Source: the human T2T-CHM13v2.0 reference genome, Homo sapiens. From it: a DNA stretch of 64,000 bases. Location: NCBI RefSeq assembly GCF_009914755.1, contig NC_060935.1, one strand, 5' to 3'. Shown piece after piece: positions 34,866-49,144 of the stretch. The notes beneath the pieces were generated by a model. It had not been told where the DNA came from, ran no database searches, and worked only from the letters and a program-made list of their open reading frames with translations. The translations under genes and the position numbers were made by a program. How positions within the stretch are numbered: position 1 is the first letter of the stretch; each line of letters starts with the position of its first letter.

Positions 34866-37451
34866 TACAACAAATGCCAACAAAATGCATCAGAGTAGAA
34901 AAAAGAAAATATTTTCAGAATTGCCTATAATATTGCTTGTGATCCTAAATTTTTTGATGCAAGGAACTTGAATTTTTCAGCTAATATTATTCTGTTTTCT
35001 TATTCTGTGTTTCTATTAGAACACTCACCTATGCTCTGCTTCCCTTGCTGTCTTCCCATAGCTTATGTGTGCACTATGAATTTCAATAAATATAAATTAC
35101 TGCTTAAAAGAGTAAAGAATGGCTACTTTATGACTCACTGTTCTCTCCTTACAATCTGCTCAAAAATCTTTTTTACAAATCCCATTGTAGCTACTTCCCC
35201 TCAATTCCACGATGAAAGTGAATGGCAAATGCCATTCAATTTAGAGGAACTCAAGCACAGAGAATATAAAGATGTTGTTCAAAGCCTCCCTCAAATCTAT
35301 CTGTAGGCTTACAAACAAAATGAGACTGGAGGCAACATCAGTACACATCTCCGACTCCATATGAGGTTACTTGAAGCTTTGGGGTTCACTCTGGAAACAG
35401 AAGACATGCATCAAGGTATGTGTTCCTTAGAGACTGACAAGCAACAGTGGACCTCAGGAGAAATAAAACAACTCATGCTCTCAACTGCCTCTGATTTGCA
35501 GACAAGGAAGAGTTTTCTCTAATTTTTTTTTTTTTTTTTTTTTTTTTGCCTGCATTACTTTTTCTGTGCTTGGTGGCTAAACCAGAGAGCAGTCTGCAAC
35601 ATTTTGCTTTTGGGGATTTCCTGTGGCTTTGCCACATTCCCTGGAGAAACTCATAAAGTCCTGGAGTCTATGGAGGGATTACAGAGAGCCACAAACATCA
35701 TTCTTCCTCTAATCCATCTGGGGCAGATACAGTATTGATAACAACCTTTCTGTTACTTGACAGTTTCAGACCATTCAGATGAGAACAAATAATAGGAATT
35801 TGGTAGTGGAGGTGGGGAAAATAGAGGCAATTGGTATAGTCTTCTGAGTTGAAAGGACTGGTTTCCATTCCAAAATCGTGGAAACAAGTACAAAATTAAA
35901 CACTTTCCATTCAATTCTTTGGAAGTGATTTCTTCTGTCTTTGGTTATTGTAGTGCATTTGTGTTGGGGAATTGATGCATTTATTTACTTTGTCCCTAAG
36001 ACAAGACAGTGCTCAGTTGCTTGCATTTTGTAGCTTCAGTTTGTTTGGCTCTCCCAGCTTGAACCTACTATGTTAGGTAATAAGGAAGCCCATTTGCATT
36101 AGATAATAAGAATCAGGGACAAGGCAGACACAATGCTGATTAAACAAGGGCTCATATCCCATTTTGAGAGCTCCCTGATAACCAGCGCCACAATCACATT
36201 GGTAGGTCAAGCAAAAATCTGAAGATAAAATCAATGTCAGTTTTCTGTCTTGGTGACAGACAGCGACCCACCAGAATTATATCCAGTAAATCCTGTTATC
36301 AAGTTCCTCACTGTCGTTGATGAATTCACTTATGCTATGGGTCAGAGATTATGCTGTGGCCACCACCTATGTGATGATGTCTACGGCATCCCTCACTTTG
36401 ACACAGACTTACACAGAACAATACGCTAACAATTATAGCTGTCCAACTTCCTGGTCTGCTTTGTAAGGTAAGGGCAGTGAAGACACTGGGAATGTTCAAG
36501 TGGAATCTGGGGTGTGGGGAAGACCAAACCTGCATGAAGGAGTGGTTAGGGAAATTAACTTACTTCCCAAACTGTATCAGGGCCAGAATCATCCCAGAAA
36601 CATTTATTTTATCTATTGGTTATTTATTAAATAATTTAAATATGATTACTTGTCAAAATGAAAGTACATTCATGTGGTTCAAAATTCTGAAGTTCAGAAA
36701 ATATTTTGTGAAAATTCTTCATATCCAGTCATACAGCCACCCCCTTCTTACCTATTGAAAGCAACCAACACTATCAGTATCTTATGTATAGGGGAGCTTT
36801 AAAAATATGGAATTCCAAGGCCTACTTAATGAGACTCTTTGGAGACAGAGGCTTTGCTATTGGTGTTTAAAAAAAATCTTTCCAGATAAGTTTGTTGATA
36901 TGTGGGCACTTAAGTGATTTTTAGACTTCTTTCAAACACTGAGATTTTATGGAAATATATAATGTAATACTACTCGTCCCCTACGTTCCTACAATGTGTG
37001 TAAAGTATTTTCAAAACTAGTATATATTTTTTTCTTTTTGCAACCCTGTAAAATAGGTATTATTTTCTGCCCCCTTCCCATTTTTCAGAGAATGGAAACT
37101 TCTGAAAAACTCTCAGAAGTTTGGACAACTTGACGGAGGTAACTCAGCTAGTAAACAGCAGGGTCAGGTAGCATCATTCAAGGCCATGCTAGGACCTAAG
37201 TGCTTTTACTTTGAGCTTTACCCCACATCACATCAAATGATAACATGACCCGTACTTCAACATAATTATTTGCTATAAACTGTTTTAAAATAATTTTGAT
37301 AAATTTGAAGTTCATTAGGAATGAATTATTCATTTCATTTTTATGATTAAACTTTACTACATTTATACATGACATGTAAGTTGAGTTGCAGCTGGTGTGT
37401 TGACATGATGTCAACGCTTTTAGTCATGTAAACATTTATCAATGCTGACTC

Positions 37452-37745
37452 TGTGTGTGTATGTGTGTGAGACAGGGTGTTACTGTGTCGCCCAGGCTGT
37501 AGTGCAGTGGCTGTAATCTTGGCTTACTGCAACCTCCACTTCAAACGACCCTCCTACCTCAGCCTCCTGAGTAGCTAGGACTACAGGCATGCACCACCAT
37601 GCCCGGCTAATTTTTAAATTTTTTTTTGTAGAGATAGGGTTTCGCCATATTGCCCAGGCTGATCTTGAATTTCTGGGCTCAAGCGATCTGCCCACCTTGG
37701 CCTCCTAAAGTGCTGGGATTACAGGAGTGAACGCTGCACCTGGCC
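37452..37745 (-). mobile_element. Alu (AluJ-like), tail converted to (TG)n
   Basis: Alu consensus; TSD ATGCTGACT. Confidence 0.92.
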
Positions 37746-38319
37746 GATGCTGACTTTAAAGTTGCTGCCATTTTTTTTTTTTTCATATTTTGGAGCTACT
37801 AATTTTGGGGATAAGGGCAAGAATTCAAATATCTTTTCAAGCTTTTGAGGAGCTTGTAGGTTTTAGGTTCTATACTTGAGGTGCTTGTTTTAGTTAGGTT
37901 AAGGCTAAATTTCTCTAACAAATAGCCCCAGAAAAAATTCAGTGGATTAAAGAGAATAAGAGTTTATTTTCCTTTCATCTAACAGTCTGAGGTGTATGTT
38001 TCAGGGTAGCAGGCAGCTTGCTTTATGTAGTTTTCCAGCCATCTAGGATTCTCTATCCCTTAGGCTATTGCCTTTATCTGCATGAACCATAGATTCCTCC
38101 AGGTTCTGGTTCATAAGTGGAGAAAGTGCAGGAGGTGCGTCCATGGTTTTTAGGTCCATGGTCTACCTTGAAACTGGCACACATTCCTTCTGCTCACATT
38201 CCTTTGTTCAGAACTTAGTCACATGTCCACAGCAAACTACAAGTAGAATTGGTCAACCCATATTGACCCAAATGCGGTGGTGACCCACATGTAGTGAAAC
38301 AACCAGCAGCATTCACAAC

Positions 38320-40360
38320 AATGCATAATGCAGCTAGGAGACTGTTACAATAATCCAGGTAGAAGCTGATGATGGTAGCAGTGGTATTTGTGGGAGATAA
38401 CTGAATTCTGGATATATTTTAAAGAATATCCTAATAGATTGGATAAGGCTGTGAGTCAAAGAAGAGTCAAGGATGATGTCCAGGTTTTGGCCTGAGAAAC
38501 TAGAAGAACAGATTTCTCATTTATAGAGGTGAGGAAGACTGAGGAGGAAATTTCTGTAGAAAGGCAAAGAATTTGGTGTTGGATATATTGGGTGTGAGAT
38601 GCCTATTAGAAATCCAAGTAAAAATGTCATGTAAGAGTTGAGCATATGAGTCTGGAGTTTTAAAACTAAACACTGAATAAAGTCAACAAGGAAATCAATA
38701 TAGGCAGAGAAGAAGCCTAAGGATCAAGCTTTGGGACATGTTGATGTTTAGAGGTCTGGAAGATGAAGAGAAATTGAGGGGAGTCCCTAGAAAGGCAGGA
38801 GGATAACCAGGAAAGGCTGGCACACAGGAGTCCAATTGGAGAAAGCATTTTAGGAAGCGGAACATGATCAACCTTTAAACAACTATAGTGTTAAATACTG
38901 TAAATAGGTCATGTTGGATGAGAACTGAGAATTGACTGTTGGATTTATCAATATGTCATGGATTTTTGGGGAAAGTGACTAGTAGGAATAGAATATTGGA
39001 ATAAAAACATAATGAAAGGAGAGAAATTTGAGGCAGCACAAGTACCTATAACTATTTCAGTGATTTTTGTTGCAAAGGGGTAAGCAGAAAAATGGGGCAG
39101 TAGTTAGAGATCAAGGTTTTTTAAAGGTTGCATGAAAAAATCTTCATGTTTGGATTCTATTGGGAAATCATTCACTAGAGAAGGTAAAATTAATGATGCA
39201 AGGAAGGAGTGGAGAATTGTCTTATCAGTGTCCATGAGAAGGCAAGAAGAAATAGGACCTAGTTCACAAATGGAGGTGTTGGTCTACTTGCAAGCATGGA
39301 TGATCCATTCACAATAATGGGACAAAGCAGAGTGAACAGCTCAGATACAGTGTAGCAGGATGTGGTGAAGGTGCTTGTTCTTTTCTGATTTTCTCAATAA
39401 AATTGTAAGTCAGGTCATTATTTCAGAAGATGGAGAAGGAGACACTGTGGGTTTGAGGTGAAGAGGGAAATTGGGAAACTCAGCTAGACAATGGGTGTGT
39501 GAAATAACAGGAGACTTGTACAAGGTTTTTGGGCATCTCTGGGGCCTAGTCGGCCTCACTGGTGTATACTTTTCTCTAGGCACAGCTCAGGTACAGAGTA
39601 GGCTGAGAGTTGGATTTGGTTAGGATTGGGCTGTTGCAAGGAGAGACAGTATGATGAAGGGAGAGAAAGAGGCAAGGGAGTTACTTGTGTGTGCAAACGG
39701 GTTACTCCGTGGAATCTAAACTGGGTAGAAAAGGACGTGAAAACCTGAGGGGATAAAGACCAGTGGAGAAGTGATAGGATTAAAGGATTTTAGATTTAAG
39801 TGGGTCAATGAGTTGTTGAAGTGATGGAGTGAGCAGGAAAGATAGTAAATGATAGTTGGAGAGTGAAATGGAGATGACCGAGGGGTGAAATTAATGTCAA
39901 AGTATAGCATAAGACCATGGGAGTGGGTGGTAGCTGGAGCAACAGAGGTCAAGGAACTGAAAAGCAAGGGCACTGGAAGGATCATAGATATTGAAATTCT
40001 GAAGAATTAGGGCAGGGGCCATGCTGGAAGGAGGGATGGTGAGATAAGAGCTAAAGCCTTGAAGAATGAGTGGGAAAGACCTGGGAGCCTATAGACTTCA
40101 GCTACCAGTGTGGGATAGCTGGATAGCCACCAATGTGGGATAGTCTGATGGCATGAGAGTCAAAGCTGGAAGATTTTAGGGAGGAGGAAGAAACAGGTAT
40201 GAAAGTGCCAGAGAAGGCAGGCCCTGTGGTTTGAGTGACATGGAGAGAAGCTACCACCTGAGGGGGCTGCAGAGGAACAGCCCAGTGTCAGGAAGAGAAA
40301 GTGAAGGTCCCTCAAAGAAGAGGATAGAGGTGATTGTGCTAGGACAGACTCGAGGGCACA
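38320..40360 (-). mobile_element. Degraded LINE-2 fragments; boundaries approximate
   Basis: L2-typical GAGTCAAGGATGATGTCCAGGTTTTGGCCTGAG and TGAGATGCCTATTAGA in purine-rich context. Confidence 0.65.
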
Positions 40361-40593
40361 CTGGAGGGATATAGGGACAGATTAGAGCACTTATGGAATT
40401 CTATGGAATCTTGAACCTTCCAGGTCCTGGTTCATCTATGAATGTTGATATCTTATGACTTCAAATTTACTCCCTCCCTCTGGGCTTCTCTCTCTTGCTT
40501 TTATAGGACAGTCCTTTCTGGTCATTCAAATCATTTATCTGTCCTCTCTGCCATCCCTCTCATGTACCTTTCAGGTCTTCCACTTATTCTATT

Positions 40594-40660
40594 CCCTCCC
40601 TCCCTCCCTCCCTCCCTACTTCCTTCCCTACCTCCTTCCCTCCCTTCTTCCCTCCCTCCT

Positions 40661-40692
<32 letters not shown>

Positions 40693-40708
40693 ACACACAC
40701 ACACTCAC
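40594..40708. repeat. Compound (CCCT)n-(CT)n-(CA)n low-complexity repeat
   Basis: Direct reading. Confidence 0.9.
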
Positions 40709-41448
40709 ATCTATCTCCGTGAACAGAACTTTGGCATAAACTTCTGAGCGTACGGAAATAGATTTGGCTCCTTACATTAATAAATAATAGTATGCATAAT
40801 GAGGAAAACATTTAAATCTAAACAATACAGAACTTAGTAAGGTAGGAAGTCAGTTTCCCCTACTTTCATTTCAGTCCTAAACACATCCTTTTTTAAGCAG
40901 AATCCATATAATGTTTATTATATAACCTTCCAAATTATTTTTAACGCTAGACATTTACGTACACACACTTGTATATACTCATTAATGGAATAAAGGTTCT
41001 GGTTTTTTTTCCGGCGGAGGGTCATTTAACATAGATTATCTTTGCAAGTCACTGTCATATTATTTTGTTTTTAGCGGACACACATTATGCCATTGTGTGA
41101 ATAAAACATTCTGTAGTGATGGACATTTAGGTTGTTTGGAACTTTTTCTATTATAAATAATACTGTAGTATACTTCCCTGTACATATCCTTGTGCTAAAA
41201 ATTTGGAAGCTAGACTCCTACAACTAAAGTTGCTGAATGTTACACTGAATGTACATTTTAAAATTTGGCTGACACTGCCAAATTGTCACCCTCCCCAAAT
41301 CATGTACCAATTTATACTCCCACTAGCAGTTTATGAGTGTGCTTCTTTCCCCATACCCTACCCAGTAATTTGCCTCCTTCTGGAGGTTTGTAAAGAAGCA
41401 ATCTGTCAGACAGTGGAAGAGGCAAATGAGAATCTGTGTACACTGAAT

Positions 41449-41543
41449 ACACCTGACACCTTGTTGAATCCCAGGGTTGGTTCTGCTGATCTGGCTGACT
41501 AAGCAGGGGGTCCCCCTTCTCCCCCTCTCTCTGGGCTCCATGG
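41449..41543 (+). pseudogene. Degraded 7SK snRNA fragment (RN7SK retrocopy)
   Basis: CCAGGGTTGGTTCTGCTGATCTGGCTGACTAAGCAGGGGGTCCCCCTTC...GCTCCATG versus 7SK CCAGGGTTGATTCGGCTGATCTGGCTGGCTAGGCGGGTGTCCCCTTC...GCTCCATG. Confidence 0.8.
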
Positions 41544-42684
41544 GGATCCCAGCTGAGGAACGGTTGATGAGGGGCACTGGGGTGCTCGCCTTCACTTTGA
41601 TTTAAAGTCTGCTTCTCAGTCCACTGCTACTCGGGGACAACATGCTCTGATGGCTGATAATATGCTCTATTTGTATTCTAGCTGGATATAGGTATTAGAG
41701 CCAAGTGTTTATTCATTTCCATCAGGGGAAGTCTTCAGGCACCGGGTGCTCACCTTGATCTTTAATTTTAATCACAAAATCAAAGCCCTGCTGTCATTTC
41801 AAAGGCTCACTCAGACACTAAACTTTAGAAGGTCTATTAGTCCTCATCCCAAATGGGTAGGAGAGGTGGATGCTTCCATTACAGGGCTCCATCCCCATTG
41901 CCTTTTCCCCTGATTTAAACTAAGGTGCAAAGGAAGAGAAAGACTGCTCACTGAAGCTCACAACCTTTTAAAGTACCAATAATTTGCATGAACAATGATG
42001 CCCACTTTTGTTTTTAAGACCACTTAATAGACTTCATTTCTTAAACCAAAATCACTGGTTAATCTTTCCAGACTGAGTCCTCAGAAGGGAACTGCTACAA
42101 ATTTATTCAGAGGATTTCAAGCAGTAAAAATAATGTGCAGTTCTTTTTAATGGGTAATAAAATTCCCCAAGAAAAATGAATCTTTCTAGGCATAGAGTAG
42201 ATGCTTTTCAAAGAAGACTCACTATCTCCTTTTTAAAAGAGAAGAGCCTTTTTGTTTTTGTAAAATCAACACATTTAAAGTTTAAAATTCAAATGATGCA
42301 GAAAAATATAATGAAGATAGTTTAAAAACACGTGAAATTCTACAACCCAGAAAAAATCACATTACCATTTTTGCCAAAACACATTTCTATAAACACTCTA
42401 TAGATTTATACATATATGTGGACCATACTCTTTTGTAAATTGCTTTTTATTTCACTCAAGAATGTGCAATATCCATCTCCTCATATATGTTACTTTAATA
42501 TTGATAAACATTTTATTGTATAGATGCCTCATCATTTACTTAGCTAGTGTTCTAATGATGGACAGTTAGGATCCTCCTAATATATTTCTGCAATTGCAAA
42601 TGATATTGCTATGAAGAACCTTAGAGCTAACTTCGCACATGTCTTTATATACTTCCATGTAATACTTTCCAGAAGTAAAATTAA

Positions 42685-42720
42685 TGGCAGGTAAGAATTC
42701 TACCACTGAACCACCCATGC
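42685..42720 (-). pseudogene. 5'-half tRNA-Gly(GCC) tailless retrocopy
   Basis: GCATGGGTGGTTCAGTGGTAGAATTCTTACCTGCCA, 34/36 to tRNA-Gly-GCC 5' half; flanking direct repeat AAGTAAAAT(T/G)AATGG. Confidence 0.9.
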
Positions 42721-42918
42721 TAGAAAGTAAAATGAATGGATTTAGAACATTTGTACTTTTTAAAGTACTTTAGAAAGGTATTGAATTGTAATTTCACAGC
42801 AAATTATGAGACTGCTATTTCCCCATACGGTAGCAGATATGAAATAATACAATTGATATTGATTTTTGCCAGTTTGATAGATGAAATAGCACTAATTTTT
42901 GTTTGTATTTTTAAATAG

Positions 42919-43252
<334 letters not shown>

Positions 43253-44255
43253 AACTCTTTTTCATATACTTAATGGCCAGTTTATATTCTTTGCTCATTA
43301 AAAAATGGGATATTAGAATATTTATTAAAAATAACCATTTGTCTGTCTTATACATGTTACATACATTTTCCCAGTTAATTTTCAAATTTTGTTTTAAATT
43401 AAATTTAAACAATCATATTTTTGCATTTCCCTTTAAAAAGTGAAAAAAATATTTTTAAAGGGGAAATGATACATGTATCATGATGCTGCAGAGAGCTTTG
43501 ACTGAAGGAAACTTGGAGGTAGGTGGCAAAGTGGGACAGATGGCATCCTTGGTTGAGATGCAGAGGATCCACTTGGGAGTTACTCAGCCAGAGGCTTTAT
43601 TTAAAGATATTCTAATAGTTTTTGCTTGTGTGTTTTCAAAAAGTAAGAGAAAGAAAAAAGCCAAATGGAAATATCTAAGTGTAACACACACTTGTTTTTC
43701 CATTGCTTTTCCCCAAGTTTTGTGAATTGCTCAGGCTACTAAAGACTGGAGTTGTTTTCAGGGAGAGTTTGGATGGTTATAGCACGATGGCTGCTAAAAC
43801 AAAAACATAATGGGACAGGTCTTCCTTGACTGTAATTTGCTTTCTTCCACTCTTTCCTCAAAGGCTTCATATCTAAAATCGGCTTGAAGATTAAATATGT
43901 GGTCCTTTGCATAAGAGATTAATGTCAATTTAGCTTTACTTGGCAATTAGAGGGTAAAGGCAAGAAACCAAACCAGAAAGAAAACAACCCTAAAAAACAC
44001 TATTTCAGGTTTTGATGTGCTTGCATTGTAGCACTTAAAAAATGATTCTACTTGAATAGGAAATCTTTATTCATTTGGGCTTCAAATGGCTTTCAAAATT
44101 ATAGGGGAGATATGTTGCTTACTCAGAAGAATGCTCTACTTCCAAGAATTTTGGCAATTTTATGTTGTAGAGGTGGATTAATATTCTATAAATTTGAAGA
44201 CATTTACTATGGGTCAGACACTGTTCTTGGTGCTTTTAAACATAAATATAAATAG

Positions 44256-44257
<2 letters not shown>

Positions 44258-44286
<29 letters not shown>
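44258..44286. repeat. (CA)n microsatellite
   Basis: Direct reading. Confidence 0.9.
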
Positions 44287-44288
<2 letters not shown>

Positions 44289-44782
44289 TCTGTATGTATA
44301 TCTTGCTTAATTTGCTTGATGTGATCTTGCCTTCCCCCAAGCCTTGAAGGAGCAAACTGAGGAAGCTTTAGGGTGGTCCTGGAGTTCTATGTCGTTGAAG
44401 ACATGGCCCTTTGCATAAATACTTCAACCTCTTCTTAGAGGGTTGGAATGAACCAGGTGTATAAGGCCTGAGTCATCCTAAGTATATGAGGAGTCAATGA
44501 TAGGGACTTATCCTTCAGTCAATATCAAACCAGGATTGTACTTTTCATTCTTAATGTTATACGGTTAAGGAAAAACCTAGGTTTTTAAAAAGTTATTACT
44601 TTTTTAAAATAAATAATTGATCCACGTGGGAGAAAATTTACAATGTACCAAATGGCATACACTGAAAGATGTCTCCTTCCCTTTCCCATACCAACCAGTT
44701 CCCCTCCTCAGAGGCAAGTATTATTGTCATGTATATCCATCTAGAAATATTCTGTGTTCATATAATTATGCATGTGTTCATG

Positions 44783-44807
44783 CACACACACACACACACA
44801 CACACAC
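44783..44807. repeat. (CA)n microsatellite
   Basis: Direct reading. Confidence 0.9.
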
Positions 44808-45446
44808 TCACTCTGCTCCACCTTTTCATGGAAATAGAAACATACCATAACACTGTCTTGCTTTTTTCACTTAATACAGTATCTTGGAGATGCATTATTG
44901 TATTCTACTGTGTTGATGTGTCAAATTTATTAACCAGTTGAAAATAGTATTTTGCTATTACCAACCAAAATGGCAATGAATATTCTTAAACATACAACAT
45001 TTTGCGTGAATGTGGGTGTATTTGTTGGACAAACGATCAAGAAGTAGAACTGATGCATCACAGGGCTCATGCATTTTTAATCTTGAAAGATAATCAGGCT
45101 CTGTGATTCTGCAGAACAAGTTAGTAGCCCTTTTTAGTAAGATCTCCCTGTTAGATAAATTAGCAGGGTCCAGGTCAGAAGTGACTTCAAAGTTCCTTTC
45201 TTGAAATGTCTCAGCTAGGTGCAAACTATGACTCTCTGGAACATGTGAAAAAGATATCCAACTTGTAGATGTGGTACTCACCTGTTAAAACCAATGTCAA
45301 GGTAGACCTTAGAACCCTGCAGATCCTGAAGGGCAATAGTAAGAGACCTCAGAGTCATTGGAGTATGACCCACTGGGGCCACCAAAGTTATACACTGTAT
45401 TTGATGCTACCTGCTATTAATTAGGCTGAATAATATGAAATTATTA

Positions 45447-45755
<309 letters not shown>

Positions 45756-46763
45756 CTAGTTTTTACCTACAAAAATGGCAATTTTTCATTTCATTTGATA
45801 AGTAGTTCAACTAATATTAAGTTTATTTTTTGGTGTCTTAGGGAGAATTCCTTAGGGAACTGGGAAAGATTTCACACAGAAGGTAGGTTTTCAAGCCTGG
45901 GAAGCAGAGAGATAGGAAGGAAGGTTGGGAACGTAGACAAGAACATTGCAAGTTGTGAGTATAGAAGACCTCTGGGAATGAGCCTGCATGGAAGGTAAAA
46001 GTGTGAATCAAAGGAGTGATGTTCTGTTTCTACAACTTTTCATGAACTGAAGTGGATCTCCCAGCTCCTTGTGTGAAGCAGAAAACTGTAGTTCATCAAA
46101 AATAATTGGGTCAGAGAAGTGGTGGTTCACATTCCCAAATATGTACATCTGGATTAGGGTTTTAACCTCAGAACAGAAGGTGATGGGCATTGAAATTTTG
46201 GTATATCCGGGGTTTTGGTACTGAAAACTTCAGTTGAATATTGGGGTCAAAATCCACCCTGTTCGTATAGACTTAGAAGTGGCCCTGAAGTTCATTGTCT
46301 TAAATGGTTGCTAAGGGGATGATTATAGGGATTTTCCCACACTTGGAGAAGAGTCATCCTGGAGCACTGGGATAAATATAGAGTGAGGGAAAGTGTGTTT
46401 CCTTTTAAAATTAGAAATACAATATAACAACATTGGAGGGAGTTTAGAAATAGAGGGGTATCTTCACCTATAATCACCACCCTAACAAAACAGCCCTGAA
46501 TGTTTATGTAATCCTTCGACTTCTTGGCAATTTGCTTTCATATTTTTACTCCACTGTAACTACAAGCTTTTCTTATTTTACATTTCAGTTTTGCTAATTA
46601 TTATTTTAAATGGCTGCATATTAGTCCCTTGAGTGGTGGCATTATAATTTGCCCACTTATTTTCCCATTCTCAGACATTTCAGGTTACTTCCAATTTCTT
46701 ACTATTAGAGAAAAAAGTATTTTTAATCTCTAGGCTGATAAAAGGCTTCAGTCCACACTTTAG

Positions 46764-47162
<399 letters not shown>

Positions 47163-47846
47163 TAAATTACTCTGTCACATGGCTTCCCTCTGTCAGCAGA
47201 GAAACCTATTTCTCTATTTTACTAGCACTAAAGGCAATAGTATTTATTGCAAAGTGTGTGGGATAGTGTGTGACAAATAATGAGGGCTATGTCAATGTAA
47301 GTTATTATTATAACTAGGATTCCTGGTCACCAATACCAGAAAAAGACCTGTAGATAAAGAACCTATTGAGAAGATACTGGATCACCCACAGAGAATTAGT
47401 ATCAACGAATATGGAGCAGCCAAGCGGGGCTGGCAGCAGAACTGTAGCCTAAATCGTGCCATAGGACTTGTCTGGTTTCTGGACACCTCTGCTGAAACTG
47501 CTACCACCAATGTCCCTGGACTGGATTGACAGTACTCCATCCCCACCAGGAAGAATTCTACCCCTTGTGTTTTTTCATTATCTACTTAAGATTCAAGATA
47601 GCTGAATCTAAGTTATGTTCCTAATTCTTATGCATCTATAGTGGGAGATAGGGCTCTGCGTCCCACCAGGACTCTGACAGTGGGGAGAACACCCTCAAAG
47701 GGGAAGGTTGTTCAAGTTCCGGGGGGTCAAGTGGTAAATATCTTCACTTGCTCAGACTGCCTCTCACCTACAATATAGCTCAGTCAATAAAGGAGATTTC
47801 TACTCTACTGATTGCCTGAAGGTAAAAGAGCTTTTGGGATAAGCAG

Positions 47847-48000
47847 CAGGTTGAATCTTTGTTATCGAAGGGCTCTTTTTGAGGGGGAAAAATGGCAACA
47901 GAAGGGAGGTTCCCTGCACCAGCAAAAATGCCCATGAGAAGCCTTCTGTTGCCATTTTTCCCCTTCAAAAAGAGTCCTTGGATAACAAAGGTTCAACTTG
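47847..48000. repeat. Long inverted repeat (59-bp arms, 36-nt spacer), possibly an old Tigger-like MITE
   Basis: 47847-47905 versus reverse complement of 47942-48000: 54/59 identical, no gaps. Confidence 0.9.
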
Positions 48001-48174
48001 AACTATGACTTATATCAATGATGGGGTTACTTTGTTTCCTGGGGTATTAGATCCCGGTACAATTAGTTAAATGTCTCCTCCCCTCCCCACCTCTAAAATA
48101 AGAACTGAAAGCAGAGACGAAGTCAGAGTAGAAAATAAATGACATGTTTCTTATGAAAGCTTACTAACAATTAG

Positions 48175-48474
<300 letters not shown>

Positions 48475-48589
48475 AACAATTAGGAAATTTGACCCACTCC
48501 CGAACTTGAACAGTACTGTACTGACTCAGAGCTCTAGCAAATATACAAATTAAGAGGAATAGACTGCAACACAGTTACATAATTTACTT

Positions 48590-49092
48590 AAAACTCTCTC
48601 AGTGGCTTCTCGTTAGTTTAGAACAAAATCCCATATCGTTCTTCCTGACCTATCAGACCCTACATGTTCTAGCCCTGGCCTTTCTATCCAGATCCTGTTT
48701 AATACCCTCTAACCCCAGTTCTTGGCTTTCTTTCTGATTCCTCCTTCCTTAGGTCCTTGTCATGTTGTTCCTTCTGCCTGGAAGGGTCCCCTCCGTGTCC
48801 AGGCAGCCCTAGGCCCCATCTAACACTAACTTCTGATCTCAGAGAAATCATCTGCTGCTTTAGGGAAGCCTTCCCTGACCCCAGGTTTGGTACCCTGGTA
48901 TATACTCCCATAGCAACCTGTCTGTTGTATCACTCATTATACCTGTTATTTCTGTTAGGCTGTAAGTTCCATGAGTGTGGGCACCTCAGTCATGTTCAAC
49001 ATGGTCTCCTCTGTGCCTAGAACTGTTCCTGGCAGAGCATGGGCACTCAATAAATGTATATAGAACAAACTGAATTAAAGAATGAATGAATG
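48590..49092 (+). mobile_element. LINE-2 3' end
   Basis: CACTCAATAAATG...(GAAT)n terminus typical of L2. Confidence 0.7.
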
Positions 49093-49144
49093 TTAGCTTT
49101 GCTTGTCCTTATATTAAATGTGCCCATAATCATGTAGATTATTT

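Noticed and set aside
43424-43468. 16-bp imperfect inverted repeat CATTTCCCTTTAAAAA / TTTTTAAAGGGGAAATG
   Set aside because: Short, AT-rich, in decayed repeat context
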